Below, piece after piece: positions 1 through 10,724 of a stretch of 41,863 nucleotides of DNA. Position 1 is the first letter of the stretch. The number at the start of each line of letters is the position of its first letter. The notes under the pieces are model-generated. The model searched no databases and was not told the DNA's origin. It saw nothing but the letters and a program-made list of their open reading frames with translations. The stretch is from an uncultured Candidatus Saccharibacteria bacterium (GTDB lineage: Bacteria > Patescibacteriota > Doudnabacteria > UBA920). The position numbers and the translations under genes were made by a program. Location of the stretch: NCBI GenBank assembly GCA_964557735.1, contig CAZLAR010000001.1, positions 1 to 41,863 on the forward strand. Reading direction: 5' to 3'.

Positions 1-1635
1 CTACCCCACCACCCTAAACACTTCTTCTACATCAGTAATTTTTTGTAATGCTTTAAGCAAGCCGTCTTGTGCCATCGTCATTGTGCCGTTCTTATGAGAG
101 GCTTTTTTTATATCGATACTTGAAGCTTCCTTTAAAATCAATTCACGCATTTCATCGTTAACCTCTATAACCTCATAAAGACCAGCACGGCCTTTGTACC
201 CTAAACCACCACATGCATCACAGCCAGCAGAATGATAGAACTCAAGTTTATCAGGCACTTTTACCCCGGCGTTAGTAGGCACTTCGCTAAGAATCTTTTT
301 TACTTTTTCTAGAAGTGCTGGTTGTAATTCAACTGGTTTTGCACAAGTCTGACAAATTCGACGAACAAGTCGTTGCGCAATAACCGCGTTTAGTGCCGGA
401 GCAATTGTAAACGGCTTTACACCCATGGTAACTAATCGGGGCACGGCACCTGCAGCATCATTTGTATGCAAAGTGGAAAGTACAATGTGTCCAGTTAACG
501 CGGCCTGTAAAGCAGTTTCTGCAGTTTCTGGATCGCGGATTTCACCCACCATGACAATATCTGGGTCCTGGCGCAATACCGCGCGCAACCCTTTTGCAAA
601 ATTAAAATCAACTCGATGGTCAATTGGTGTTTGTTGAATCCCCTCTACTTTGTATTCTACTGGATCTTCCAATGTAATAATTTTTACACCTGGCTCGTTT
701 AACTCACGGAGGAAAGCATACAAAGTTGTAGTCTTACCAGAACCAGTCGGGCCAGTTGTTAGAATCATGCCGTTCGGTTTGTGAAGTTGCTCATTTACAA
801 TTTCACCGGCTTTGCCGTTAATACCTAAATCAGCAACCGTTACATCTACTGCCCCAACTCCAAGCAAACGCATGACAATTGCTTCACCATAACTTGACGG
901 TAAAATAGATACACGCACATCTAGTGGTTCGTTGTTATGCATTACTGTAAACCTGCCGTCTTGGGAAACGTTAGTGACATTTAATTTTAATTTAGATAAT
1001 AATTTAATGCGGGAAACCACGCTGTTATGTGTAACTTTTGGCATTTGTGCCGCATCGTGCAACACACCATCTATGCGTAAACGCACTTTTACCATATGAT
1101 CTTCCGGTTCTAAGTGGATGTCGGAAGAACCCTGCGCCACCGCTGCACCAAACATGGCAGCCAATAAATCGCTAGCACTAGTGGCAGTGTTTTCTAAAAG
1201 CTTTTGTAACTCGTCTTGAGTAACGCTATCTCCAAATTTTACTGTATCTTTAAAAGTTGATGTAGGGCGTACAACTTTACTGTAAAATTTTAAAGTCGAC
1301 TCATAACTAGATTGTGAGATGTAATACAACTCAACCTTAAAACGTTCAGCTGTTAAATCTTTTAGTTTAGCTTTTAGTGCAGGGTTCTCCGGATTATTAG
1401 TACCCATACGAACGTCATGATGATCTTTGTAAAACGGCACTGCACCAATATCGCGTGCTTCTTGCTCAGTAATAGTAGAGAGCGCAGTTAAATCCAATGG
1501 AAAATTTTGTAAATTCACATACTGCAAACCCAAAGAAGAAGCGCGCCCTTGGGCTTCGCGTTCTTCAATTGCGCGCTTCTCATCTGCAAGTGCGCGTGAT
1601 AAATCGTTTGGATTTGATGATAGAAAATTAGACAT
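1..1635 (-). CDS. pilB: Type IV pilus / type II secretion assembly ATPase (PilB/GspE family)
   Basis: 544-aa ORF with stop TAG at 1-3. Walker A GPTGSGKTTT, GspE-type C-terminal cysteine cluster (CQTC...CDAC), N-terminal GspE_N-like region. Confidence 0.9.
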   Translation of the reverse strand: MSNFLSSNPNDLSRALADEKRAIEEREAQGRASSLGLQYVNLQNFPLDLTALSTITEQEARDIGAVPFYKDHHDVRMGTNNPENPALKAKLKDLTAERFKVELYYISQSSYESTLKFYSKVVRPTSTFKDTVKFGDSVTQDELQKLLENTATSASDLLAAMFGAAVAQGSSDIHLEPEDHMVKVRLRIDGVLHDAAQMPKVTHNSVVSRIKLLSKLKLNVTNVSQDGRFTVMHNNEPLDVRVSILPSSYGEAIVMRLLGVGAVDVTVADLGINGKAGEIVNEQLHKPNGMILTTGPTGSGKTTTLYAFLRELNEPGVKIITLEDPVEYKVEGIQQTPIDHRVDFNFAKGLRAVLRQDPDIVMVGEIRDPETAETALQAALTGHIVLSTLHTNDAAGAVPRLVTMGVKPFTIAPALNAVIAQRLVRRICQTCAKPVELQPALLEKVKKILSEVPTNAGVKVPDKLEFYHSAGCDACGGLGYKGRAGLYEVIEVNDEMRELILKEASSIDIKKASHKNGTMTMAQDGLLKALQKITDVEEVFRVVG

Positions 1636-1668
1636 TTTTATTTCAAAAAAGAAGGCCTTTGGCCTTCA

Positions 1669-2859
1669 TTATACCACAGAATTGCGGTTTTTGATTATTT
1701 CATTGAGTAATTCTTGCGTTTCGGCTAAGTTCGAGGGCAAATACACAGAGATATATTCATACTTACCGGAGAGCGGTTCACGAGGTTTAATTTCAGGTGC
1801 TTTTAATTGCCCTGCTAACGATACTAAATCTTCAAATGGTAATCCTGCTAAAATTATTTGGGTACCTCCTTTAGGAAGTTCCGCCAGTAAAATTACTAAA
1901 GAATAGCCAGTAATCATTTCTATAATATCTCGTACCACAACCTGTAACGATTCGGGTTCAACCTGAGTTTTTTCCATATCAGATTTTGTCACCACGGCCG
2001 TGAGAATTTGCTTTTCAGGGAAAGCCGTAAGGCGGGCCAAGGCTCGTCCCCACAACTGTAATTGTGCTAGCGACTTAGTTTTAAACAAGTGTTGAATTAT
2101 TTCTTGGTGCTTAGCCCCTAACTCTATTAATCGAGCTGACTTTAAAAACGCTTGTGGATTAGTTTTTGGATCACGGAAACTAGAAGTACGGCTGATTATT
2201 CCTGTTAATAAAGCAGTGCTCACTGATTCACTTTCCAAAGCACCAGGGATTTGTTCAAGAATATCCATCACGACTTCGGAAACACTACTAGTAGTTGTCT
2301 TAACCAAATTAACCGTTCCAAAAAATTCATTTGCAGGATTTATATCTATGTTAATATGAGGAGTCTCAAAAAATAACTTTGTGTTGTCAGTGTACAAATT
2401 ACCAAGCTGTTCAAAACTCATTGAACCAAGAATAATCAATAAATCAAAATCTGTAGCATTAGGTAAAACCGTTACGTCGCCTTCCCTAAATTGCATCCCT
2501 TCTTCTGGGCTAATAAATATAGTTAATCCTTCATCAGTTTTTTCGTAACGTAGCTCAGAAGGTTTGGCATTACGATTTGAAACTTTAATCTCCAATTGAC
2601 TGCTACTGTTTAAGCCTGGGTAAATTGGTGGTGCGTTTTTAATAAACGGTAAAGACAACCCACGCCGTGACAGGGCAGCAGAAAAGACCATTACAGTTTT
2701 TTTGGGTCCAGTTTTTAATCCTTCTATCGCGGTAAAAATTGCAAAAGCAGCCGCGACTAAATCAATGTTTGGTAATTGAGGTAAGGCCACGGCAATACGC
2801 TGAGCCTTGCTAATGGTGTTTGTGATTGTTTGGATTTCAGGGGTTTTGTTATCTGTCAT
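1669..2859 (-). CDS. Degenerate DHH/DHHA1-family protein (probably catalytically inactive NrnA-like paralog)
   Basis: 396-aa ORF colinear with DHH phosphoesterases. The position of the DHH motif reads NIDINPANEFFG (compare NLDHHPDNNMYG in the NrnA at 32840-33808). The N-terminal DxD/His metal-binding motifs are absent. Confidence 0.5.
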   Translation of the reverse strand: MTDNKTPEIQTITNTISKAQRIAVALPQLPNIDLVAAAFAIFTAIEGLKTGPKKTVMVFSAALSRRGLSLPFIKNAPPIYPGLNSSSQLEIKVSNRNAKPSELRYEKTDEGLTIFISPEEGMQFREGDVTVLPNATDFDLLIILGSMSFEQLGNLYTDNTKLFFETPHINIDINPANEFFGTVNLVKTTTSSVSEVVMDILEQIPGALESESVSTALLTGIISRTSSFRDPKTNPQAFLKSARLIELGAKHQEIIQHLFKTKSLAQLQLWGRALARLTAFPEKQILTAVVTKSDMEKTQVEPESLQVVVRDIIEMITGYSLVILLAELPKGGTQIILAGLPFEDLVSLAGQLKAPEIKPREPLSGKYEYISVYLPSNLAETQELLNEIIKNRNSVV

Positions 2860-2938
2860 AGGTCTTTATATATCAATATAGCTTATCACTATAGCGAAGT
2901 TTACTAATGAGGTCAATCGGGCTACAATATAGGTACAA

Positions 2939-3364
2939 ATGAAAGAAACATTACCAAAAACCCAGGCTGATCACAGAATCAATCTCCCTCTTTCCCAAGC
3001 AACTGCTACTGCTCAAAAAATTGCTAAAGGCATTAAAGGTGGTGAAATATTCGCCTTAATCGGCGAGTTAGGTAGTGGAAAAACGACTTTCACAAAAGCA
3101 TTAGGAGAAGCTTTGGGAGTCAGACAAACTATTTCCAGTCCGACATTTGTAATGATGCAACAATTCGAAATTGCCTCTCGCACTCCTAAACTATTTCTAT
3201 ATCACCTCGATCTATACCGCACAAAAAATTTTGCTGAAGTTAAATCGTTAGGGATCACTGAATGGTGGGGGCATTCAGAAACAGTTACAGTAATTGAATG
3301 GGCCGATAAAATCTTGACTAAATTACCACCAGAAACAACAATTATATATTTACATCGTGACTAA
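2939..3364 (+). CDS. tsaE: tRNA threonylcarbamoyladenosine (t6A) biosynthesis ATPase TsaE
   Basis: 141 aa. P-loop GELGSGKTTFTK followed by SPTFVMMQQF and YHLDLYR, typical of TsaE/YjeE. Confidence 0.88.
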   Translation: MKETLPKTQADHRINLPLSQATATAQKIAKGIKGGEIFALIGELGSGKTTFTKALGEALGVRQTISSPTFVMMQQFEIASRTPKLFLYHLDLYRTKNFAEVKSLGITEWWGHSETVTVIEWADKILTKLPPETTIIYLHRD

Positions 3365-4715
3365 CACTACACTCACAATTAATTTACAACCACAACTATC
3401 TTCTAAACTAACTCTATTTAGAGTGGGGGTGTTTGTTGTTTTGGTTATTGTTTTGGTTATTGTTTTTCCTGAATCCACATATGCCTCAGAAAAGCTGACG
3501 CCGTTTAGTCAACAACCAATCCCAACGTACAGCCCTGTTACCTCTACTGAATCCAGCACTCTTGCAACTATTCCAGATAATTTAATTAAAGAGTGGCGCG
3601 GCCTGTTTACTAAACAAAGTGGTTCGCTAATAACTAATAATAATCCGGATAACTATGAAGGAACTCTTCGAGAGTTTATTACTAATTGGATCAAAAACCA
3701 AGACCATAAATTTACTACACGTACCTATAAATTTAACCCTGCTGCAGTCTATGCTTGGACAGGACAAATCGCTAGTAGTGTCAACGCCGCAGCCAGCGAA
3801 CCATCAATAAAAGTGGTGGATGGCCGTGTTACTGAATTCACTCCCCCGCAGACCGGTAAAGCGTTGGGTCGATACACTAGTACTATGAAAATTATTAACG
3901 AGCTTGGTAAAGGTAATTCGGAAATAGAGCTGGCGGTTCACTCTACTCAACCAAAGCAATCTTTAGAAAGTCTTGGTGAACTAGGATTAAAAGAATTAAT
4001 CGGTCGTGGTGAATCTAAATTTAATGGTAGCCCCGCGAATCGTCGTCATAATATTAAGATTGGGGTTCAGAAAATGACAGGGATAATAATTAAGCCCGGT
4101 GAAGAATTTAGTTTTAACAAATATCTTGGGCCAGTAGAAGCCTACACAGGGTTCAAACCCGAGCTTGTGATTAAAGCTGAGGGTACTGTTCCAGAATTTG
4201 GCGGGGGCCTGTGCCAGGTCTCATCTACAACTTTTAGAGCCGCCATGCATGCCGGTTTACCAATTACCGCTCGTCGCAACCACTCTTACGCGGTTCAATA
4301 TTACGCCCCACAAGGTACCGACGCCACTATTTACCCAGGGGTTCAGGATCTAAAATTCACAAATGATACTGGTCACAACATCCTAATTTGGCCATATTTA
4401 AAGGATGAGAACTACTTAATATTTGATTTCTACGGTACATTTGATGGCCGGAAAGTAGAGCTAGGCACTCCATATTCATATGATAGAAAAGGTGATGGCT
4501 CAATGAAAGCGACATGGAAACGCACAGTCACTTTGCCTGGGAAAGAATCAACTAATGACAACTTCTACTCTGTATACCAACCGCCTGCTAAATTCCATAA
4601 GACTGAACAATTTGTTTCTTCAACCGGTCAAAGCTCTTCCCCTACTACACCACCAACTGGGGTAACTCCGTTCGTCGGCACTCCATTGCCCAATGAAGAA
4701 GCAACCGCTCCATAA
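3357..4715 (+). CDS. VanW-domain protein with N-terminal membrane anchor
   Basis: 452 aa. One TM helix ([13 protein letters not shown]) and a VanW core [35 protein letters not shown]. The GTG start overlaps the tsaE stop, so the start is uncertain. Confidence 0.8.
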   Translation: MTNTTLTINLQPQLSSKLTLFRVGVFVVLVIVLVIVFPESTYASEKLTPFSQQPIPTYSPVTSTESSTLATIPDNLIKEWRGLFTKQSGSLITNNNPDNYEGTLREFITNWIKNQDHKFTTRTYKFNPAAVYAWTGQIASSVNAAASEPSIKVVDGRVTEFTPPQTGKALGRYTSTMKIINELGKGNSEIELAVHSTQPKQSLESLGELGLKELIGRGESKFNGSPANRRHNIKIGVQKMTGIIIKPGEEFSFNKYLGPVEAYTGFKPELVIKAEGTVPEFGGGLCQVSSTTFRAAMHAGLPITARRNHSYAVQYYAPQGTDATIYPGVQDLKFTNDTGHNILIWPYLKDENYLIFDFYGTFDGRKVELGTPYSYDRKGDGSMKATWKRTVTLPGKESTNDNFYSVYQPPAKFHKTEQFVSSTGQSSSPTTPPTGVTPFVGTPLPNEEATAP

Positions 4716-5772
4716 AAACCCTTATACAATGATTACTTCCAGCGACTCAGAAATTATTTTAGAAAACTCAGCTACTCCTGAGGATCAAGGGCTAGAGCTA
4801 ACACTCCGCCCTCAATCTCTTCCAGACTTCATAGGCCAAGAAGCCTTAAAGTCTAATTTAAGTATTGTTATTCAAGCTGCTAAAATTCGCCGGGAATCTT
4901 TAGAACATCTACTCTTGTACGGGCCACCAGGGTTAGGGAAAACTACTTTGGCAAATATTGTAGCGCGGGAACTTGGAGCAGGAATTAAGACTACGTCTGG
5001 TCCAGCAATAGAAAGACCAGGTGACGTGGCATCTCTCCTCACAAATTTAAATGAAGGAGATATTCTTTTTATAGATGAAATTCATCGGCTTAATAAAGTT
5101 GCGGAAGAAGTTTTGTACCCTGCGCTAGAAGACGGCGCGCTTGATATTATGGTAGGTAAAGGACCTGGCGCTCGCAGTGTACGAATGGAATTGCCGGCAT
5201 TTACCTTAATTGGTGCGACTACACGTATTGGGATGATTTCTGCTCCCCTTCGTGACCGATTTGGTATGATCTATCATTTAGACTATTACGATCATAGTGA
5301 TTTAGAAAAAATTATTGTGCGCTCTGCACAAATTCTAAAAACTTATTTAAACTCCGAGGCGGCTCAAGCTATAGCTAAACGAAGTCGTTATACCCCCCGT
5401 ATTGGTAATCGCTTACTCAAACGCGTGCGTGACTTCGCCCAAGTTTCTGGCCATGATACAATTACCATTGAAGATGCTGAAAGCGCTTTAAGTCTTCTCG
5501 AAATAGACGAATTTGGCCTAGATAAGCACGACCGTAAAATTCTCTCTACTATAATAGAAACATTTAAGGGTGGTCCAGTCGGTCTAAACACTATTGCTGC
5601 TTCGACCGGTGAAGAAGAAGATACAATTGCAGATGTTCACGAACCGTTCCTAATTCGCTCTGGCTTTCTAACCCGCACCCCTAAAGGGCGCCAAGCTACT
5701 GAACGGGCTTATGAGCATCTTGGCTATTCAATAGTAGCTTCAAATGAACCTAACCAAACCCAACTACTTTAA
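4693..5772 (+). CDS. ruvB: Holliday junction branch migration helicase RuvB
   Basis: 359 aa. AAA+ Walker [12 protein letters not shown], Walker [10 protein letters not shown], RuvB C-terminal winged helix. An alternative start ATG at 4729 would avoid overlap with the VanW gene. Confidence 0.93.
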   Translation: MKKQPLHKNPYTMITSSDSEIILENSATPEDQGLELTLRPQSLPDFIGQEALKSNLSIVIQAAKIRRESLEHLLLYGPPGLGKTTLANIVARELGAGIKTTSGPAIERPGDVASLLTNLNEGDILFIDEIHRLNKVAEEVLYPALEDGALDIMVGKGPGARSVRMELPAFTLIGATTRIGMISAPLRDRFGMIYHLDYYDHSDLEKIIVRSAQILKTYLNSEAAQAIAKRSRYTPRIGNRLLKRVRDFAQVSGHDTITIEDAESALSLLEIDEFGLDKHDRKILSTIIETFKGGPVGLNTIAASTGEEEDTIADVHEPFLIRSGFLTRTPKGRQATERAYEHLGYSIVASNEPNQTQLL

Positions 5773-5775
5773 CAC

Positions 5776-5982
5776 ATGGATTCGTCTACTATAAATTCAA
5801 TTAGTACCATCGTTTTCCTAGCTATTACAGGATTATTTTTTGTAGTGTCTGGATTAACAGCCTATGTGTTTATTCGTTACGGGCAAAAAAGACCTTACAC
5901 TATATTAGTAAGCCTAATATTTTTTTCACTATTTTTAGTCGGAGTTGTTACCGCATTTTTTAATCTTCAAAGTTTATTTTAA
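5776..5982 (+). CDS. Small membrane protein (2 TM helices), unknown function
   Basis: 68-aa ORF with two hydrophobic helices, tightly packed after ruvB. No recognisable motif. Confidence 0.45.
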   Translation: MDSSTINSISTIVFLAITGLFFVVSGLTAYVFIRYGQKRPYTILVSLIFFSLFLVGVVTAFFNLQSLF

Positions 5983-5986
5983 TCTT

Positions 5987-6544
5987 ATGCATACCGAAAC
6001 TATTCAATTTGAAAAATTATTTCCTAGTCAACAAGTTAATGAAAAGATTGTTTTAGCGGTGCGTGAACATTGGTTTCGGTTGTTCTCTAAAATTTTTATT
6101 ATCTTAGTATTGTCTTTGTTACCATGGTTAATTAAGCTCCTACTATTTAATACTGGAGTTTTAAGCACCACCCCTACGGTTGATGGAGTAATTAGCGTAG
6201 TTAGTTCTTTATTCTATCTTTCATTACTAGTCGCACTATTTATTATCTATGCTTTGTACTACTTAAACCTACACGTAGTAAGTAATGAACGTATTGTTGA
6301 CATCGATCAAGTAGGCTTGTTATTTCACGAAGTTTCAGAACTTAACATTGAAACCATTGAAGATGTTACCAGTCAAACGAAGGGGTTAATTGGAAACCTA
6401 CTAAACTACGGTACAGTGTTTGTACAAACAGCAGGGGCAACTGAACGATTTGAATTTTACAATATTTCTGACCCAGCACGAGTTGCGAGTATTATTTTAC
6501 AACTCTACGAAGAACATGATAATAGAGAATCACCGAAACCTTAA
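5987..6544 (+). CDS. Membrane protein with bacterial PH (YdbS/YdbT-like, bPH2) domain
   Basis: I take the start at ATG 5987 (MHTETIQF); the track start at 5945 overlaps the previous ORF. Two TM helices followed by ERIVDIDQVGLLFHEVSELNIETIEDV..GTVFVQTAG, typical of the bPH2 fold. Confidence 0.6.
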   Translation: MHTETIQFEKLFPSQQVNEKIVLAVREHWFRLFSKIFIILVLSLLPWLIKLLLFNTGVLSTTPTVDGVISVVSSLFYLSLLVALFIIYALYYLNLHVVSNERIVDIDQVGLLFHEVSELNIETIEDVTSQTKGLIGNLLNYGTVFVQTAGATERFEFYNISDPARVASIILQLYEEHDNRESPKP

Positions 6545-6593
6545 TTAAGAGGTTTGATTATTAACACTGAGTGCTTTAATTCTAAATTTTTTC

Positions 6594-7661
6594 ATGAACA
6601 TTTTAATTTTTGCTGGAGGTAGCGGTACTCGCTTGTGGCCAGCTAGTCGTAAATCGAAGCCTAAACAACTCTTAAAGTTTATTGGAGAAAATACTTTACT
6701 AGAACAAACCTATAAACGAATGCGTAGGGGTGTTAAGCCCAGCCAAATATTTATCGCTACAGCGAGCAGTTATGCTAAGCAAATTCAAAAACAGTTACCA
6801 CAAGTAAAAAAAACCCATTATTCGTTAGAGCCAAATAGGAAAGACCGTGGCCCAGCATTAGGCCTAGCTATTTTAACTATGCAACAAGCTAATAATGATG
6901 ATGTTTTTGCTACCGCTTGGGCAGATGACCATATTAAACAAGAAAGTATATATCATAAAACTTTACAAAACGCAGCTAAATATTTAAAGGATAACCCTAA
7001 TATTATGATAGCTGTGGGTATTACGGCTCCCGCACCAAGCACTGGATTTTGTTATATTCAGACTGGTAAAGCATTGAGTAACACTATTTACTCGGTAAAA
7101 AAATTCACTAATAAGCCCAACCTGAAACAATCTCAATTATACTTTGATTCGGGAAGATATTTAATCAACTCTGGGTATTTTGTTTCTACTGGCTCCCATG
7201 TTTTGAATCTATATAAAAAATACCAACCCAAGTGTTATAAGTTACTTATGCAAATTAAACCCTCAATTGGTACAAAACAACAACAAGCCGTAATAGAAAA
7301 ATTATACCCTTTAATGCCTTCTTTTGACTTTGAAGATATTATTCGCAAAAATCCAAATGAATTATTAGTTACACATGGAAGATTTGATTGGGCAGATGTT
7401 GGTCGTTGGTCAGTAATAAAAGATGTTCAATCTTCACCTAAAGAAAATTTACTAAAAGGTTTAACTCTTTCTCACGAGACCACAGGAAGTTTAATTTATA
7501 ACTACAACCCAAAACAATTAGTTACTGCACTTCATGTGAAAAATTTAATTGTTGTTGTAACTCCTGAGGCAGTATTGGTTGTTAATAAAAATAATAGTGA
7601 GGAGTTGAAACACTTAATTGAAAAAATAAAGCTTGATCCTAAATTAAAAAAATTCCTATAA
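6594..7661 (+). CDS. Mannose-1-phosphate guanylyltransferase-like nucleotidyltransferase
   Basis: 355 aa. N-terminal GGSGTRLWPASR signature of the ManC/CpsB NTP-transferase family. Confidence 0.8.
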   Translation: MNILIFAGGSGTRLWPASRKSKPKQLLKFIGENTLLEQTYKRMRRGVKPSQIFIATASSYAKQIQKQLPQVKKTHYSLEPNRKDRGPALGLAILTMQQANNDDVFATAWADDHIKQESIYHKTLQNAAKYLKDNPNIMIAVGITAPAPSTGFCYIQTGKALSNTIYSVKKFTNKPNLKQSQLYFDSGRYLINSGYFVSTGSHVLNLYKKYQPKCYKLLMQIKPSIGTKQQQAVIEKLYPLMPSFDFEDIIRKNPNELLVTHGRFDWADVGRWSVIKDVQSSPKENLLKGLTLSHETTGSLIYNYNPKQLVTALHVKNLIVVVTPEAVLVVNKNNSEELKHLIEKIKLDPKLKKFL

Positions 7662-7669
7662 CCCCAAAA

Positions 7670-7703
7670 TAAAAAACACCTTGCAAATTTTGCAAGGTGT
7701 TTT
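7670..7703. terminator. Bidirectional intrinsic terminator
   Basis: Perfect inverted repeat CACCTTGCAAA / TTTGCAAGGTG (7676-7698), flanked by an A-run and a T-run, between convergent genes. Confidence 0.75.
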
Positions 7704-7733
7704 AGTTTGTAATTCGTTTATTAATAAACTAAG

Positions 7734-8102
7734 TTACATAGTCGAAGACATTGAACCGCTAGAAGCTGGTTTCTTTAAACCAATTACTAAGAACACTACT
7801 GTAACTAGTAAGTGGAAAATGTTATCAGCACCATTTACAGTCACTAGACCTAGGATTTTACCGTCACCAGTAAGGAATCCAAGGATAGTAACTAATGCGT
7901 AAACAATACCAAAGATCAAGAAGAATTTGCGTCCTTGGGCTTCACCTTGCATTGCAAAGACGATAGCTAGAACACCAGTAGCTAGGTGGATAATGTTGTG
8001 AAGTGTATCAACCGCTAAAATTCCTAATATAGGGTTATTAACAAATCCTAGTAAACCGGCAAGTATAAATACTACACCGATTATTATCATAATATTTTTC
8101 AT
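7734..8102 (-). CDS. DUF4383-family membrane protein
   Basis: 122 aa with four TM helices. The repeated HxxxG pattern (DTLHNIIHLATG, NIFHLLVT) is typical of DUF4383. Confidence 0.7.
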   Translation of the reverse strand: MKNIMIIIGVVFILAGLLGFVNNPILGILAVDTLHNIIHLATGVLAIVFAMQGEAQGRKFFLIFGIVYALVTILGFLTGDGKILGLVTVNGADNIFHLLVTVVFLVIGLKKPASSGSMSSTM

Positions 8103-8227
8103 GTTTTATAAAAATTATTCGAATAATTTATATCTTTTTTAGGTATCGACCAGGACCTAATTACACTTAAATTATATGCTTTTCTCAAATAATTACCAAT
8201 AAACTTATCCACTTATTAAACTAAATT

Positions 8228-9319
8228 TTATACTGCTTCCTGAGCGCTTGGACTTAAAGTTACATGCTGTCCTACCATTTCTAGTGGATGGGTAGTGGTA
8301 ATAAACGTCTGAAATTTACCTTGCAAAAACTTTAATAAGAAAGTGCGACGAGTATCATCTAGTTCTGAGAGAACATCATCTAGAAGTAAAATCGGCTTAT
8401 CATCCCCATTAGAGAGATATTCTAATTCTAAAATTTTGAGTGCTAATACCTGACTACGTTGTTCACCCCGAGAAGAGAATGAAACTAAATATAACCCTTC
8501 ACTCTTAAGGTCAAAATCGTCGCGATGCGGGCCGATTAAAGAAGTCCCTGCTGCAACTTCACGCGGTATTAGTTTTTCTAAGGCAGAAACAAATTCAGTT
8601 TGGATTTCTTCTAGTGTGTCACCTGGTATAGTTTCGTAAATTACTTCAATAGTTCTATGAAACTGTGAAATACCTGTATAGACTTCTGAAATATTTTGGT
8701 TTAAAAAATTAATAAAGTTTTTACGCTCCATAATTATTTTAGAACCAATATCTACTAATTGTTTATTCCAAGATTGTAATGTTCCTTGCGCATCTTGACT
8801 TGCTCGACCAGCACGCATGTCTTGTAATAATCGGTTCTTCTGAGTTAAAACTTTTTTGTAGCGGGTAATATTATCTAAATACTCAAAACTTTTTTGGGAC
8901 AGAACCATGTTCAAATACTTACGGCGTGCTTCTGGCATATGCGTAAATAAATCTACATCAGTTGGTTCAAAAATTACAACATTTAAATACCCTTGAGCTT
9001 CTTTGCGTTTTTTCTTAACTCCATCTATTTTAAAGTTAGCATAAATACGGTCACGTTTTTCTAAAAATACTTCCAATAAGTGTTCTTGTCCGTTACGCTC
9101 TAAATTTATTTTTACTTCGGATTGAGTAGTCCCTTGAAGAAACATAAATTCTGCATCATCTCTGAAAGACTTAAATAACGAACCAAAATAAACTGACTCA
9201 AGTAAATTAGTTTTTCCAACAGCGTTCGGACCTGATAAAACAACCATATCGCTAGTAATGGCTAAATCTAAACCAGGATAGTTACGGAAGTTTTTTATTT
9301 GTAAGTTTGTGATTTTCAT
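8228..9319 (-). CDS. recF: DNA replication and repair protein RecF
   Basis: 363 aa. Walker A GPNAVGKTNLLE, signature SRGEQRS, Walker B ILLLDDVLSELD. Canonical position after dnaN. Confidence 0.93.
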   Translation of the reverse strand: MKITNLQIKNFRNYPGLDLAITSDMVVLSGPNAVGKTNLLESVYFGSLFKSFRDDAEFMFLQGTTQSEVKINLERNGQEHLLEVFLEKRDRIYANFKIDGVKKKRKEAQGYLNVVIFEPTDVDLFTHMPEARRKYLNMVLSQKSFEYLDNITRYKKVLTQKNRLLQDMRAGRASQDAQGTLQSWNKQLVDIGSKIIMERKNFINFLNQNISEVYTGISQFHRTIEVIYETIPGDTLEEIQTEFVSALEKLIPREVAAGTSLIGPHRDDFDLKSEGLYLVSFSSRGEQRSQVLALKILELEYLSNGDDKPILLLDDVLSELDDTRRTFLLKFLQGKFQTFITTTHPLEMVGQHVTLSPSAQEAV

Positions 9320-9329
9320 TATTAAAAAT

Positions 9330-10424
9330 TTAGAGCCTGATAGGCATTATTAAATAAAGGTAGTTGGCTTTGTCCTGTGGCCGGAATACTACTGGCTTCG
9401 AATCATCAATTACATGAATATTAAGAGTTTTTGGATTAGTGTTGGTAAGTAGGTCTAGTATATAACGGTAGTTAAGGATTACTGATCCTGCTTCACCAGT
9501 AATTGTGCAAGGGATATCTATTACACTTTCTCCTACCCCTTGAGAAGCTGACATAATTTGAATAATCTGCTTTTCTGGATTATATCCTAAAGTAATACTT
9601 CCTGCCCCCCTAGAAAATATACCACTAGTTTTTAAGGCTGAAAGTAGGCTAGTGTGCTCTAAAGTAATAACTGTACCAGACTCTGTTGGAATTATTTGCG
9701 CATATTCAGGATATTGCCCATCAATAAGCCTAGAAACCATGTATGTATCACCAATAGTTAAAGCCATTTGAGTTTGGCTAATATTTAAACCAACTGATCC
9801 CTCTATCCCTGTTAATAATCTAGAGAGTTCTATAATACTTCGATGAGGGACAACAACCGCACGATCATCAGTTGTTTGAACAGGAATACTCATTTCCCCA
9901 AGTCTGTATCGATCAGTGGCCACAGCAGTTAGTTTAGAATTTTCAAATTTCATAGAAATTCCAGAAATTTCCGGTTGGGTTTCGCTAGTACTAGCAGCGA
10001 ACGCTGTTGAGTCTAAAACTTCCTTTAAATCTGCTGCACCAATAGCTACTAAAATTCCGTCTTCTACTGCTGGTATTTGTGGAAACTCTTCAGCTAAGAA
10101 GTGTTTAATCTTAGTCTGGTACTTTTCGGTTGAAACAGCTGTTTCAGAATCCCCAACTTCAATAGTAATATTCTCATTTGGTAAGTTATTAACTAGATCT
10201 AAAAGAACTTTTGCAGATATGCACACGCCTCCATCCTTTTCTATTTTGCATCGTATGGAAGTACTCATTCCCATCTCTAAATCAGTTGTTGAAATCTTTA
10301 GTAAACCATTTTCAGTTTGTAAAAGAACATTATTAAGAATTGGTAATGTCTGACTAGTTCCAACAATTCGTGAAACTTGTTGGAGACCATTTCTTAAATT
10401 TTCTTGAGTACAGATTATTTTCAT
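9330..10424 (-). CDS. dnaN: DNA polymerase III beta sliding clamp
   Basis: 364 aa. The length, three-domain repeat pattern and position directly downstream of dnaA fit DnaN. Confidence 0.92.
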   Translation of the reverse strand: MKIICTQENLRNGLQQVSRIVGTSQTLPILNNVLLQTENGLLKISTTDLEMGMSTSIRCKIEKDGGVCISAKVLLDLVNNLPNENITIEVGDSETAVSTEKYQTKIKHFLAEEFPQIPAVEDGILVAIGAADLKEVLDSTAFAASTSETQPEISGISMKFENSKLTAVATDRYRLGEMSIPVQTTDDRAVVVPHRSIIELSRLLTGIEGSVGLNISQTQMALTIGDTYMVSRLIDGQYPEYAQIIPTESGTVITLEHTSLLSALKTSGIFSRGAGSITLGYNPEKQIIQIMSASQGVGESVIDIPCTITGEAGSVILNYRYILDLLTNTNPKTLNIHVIDDSKPVVFRPQDKANYLYLIMPIRL

Positions 10425-10724
10425 TATTGTATTTATTTATTCTTTAAAGAAATATAATACATAGTAATAAGGGCGGTGGATTACTGGATAACTAGTATTA
10501 GGAAGATTCTTTTTCTTTTAACTAAGAGTGATGAAATAATTAATGGCTTTTTTAGAATGTGTGTAACTCGTTTACTTTCGTTGGATAAAGTTATGATAAA
10601 GATTTTCTAAAATGTTGATAAAGTAATTATAAATTTTTTGGGTGTGGGTAAGTACTTAGTTATCCTCAATTTATCAAATCTTTATACAAGGTTATTAACA
10701 ACTTATAAGTAATTTTTACGATAG
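10425..10724. promoter_or_regulatory. AT-rich dnaA-dnaN spacer with DnaA-box cluster (oriC candidate)
   Basis: 300-bp non-coding spacer. Boxes within one mismatch of TTATCCACA or its complement: TGTTGATAA 10613-10621, TGTGGGTAA 10643-10651, TTATCCTCA 10660-10668. There are also several two-mismatch boxes. Confidence 0.6.

Noticed and set aside
8205-8213. Isolated DnaA-box-like TTATCCACT downstream of recF.
   Set aside because: It is a single one-mismatch 9-mer in an AT-rich spacer, which chance can explain. It is not clustered with other boxes.
9916-10353. Antisense ORFs inside conserved genes. Examples: 425-637, 1682-1906, 5388-5591, 9916-10353, 11104-11376, 15141-15383, 15668-16027, 19136-19330, 19843-20076, 20331-20774, 23088-23777, 24036-25034, 25949-26149, 34320-36167, 38372-39127, 39225-39458 and 39957-40169.
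   Set aside because: Each is embedded opposite or out of frame in a gene with strong family motifs. They have low-complexity, Ser/Leu-rich composition typical of antisense frames and no ribosome-binding site or promoter.
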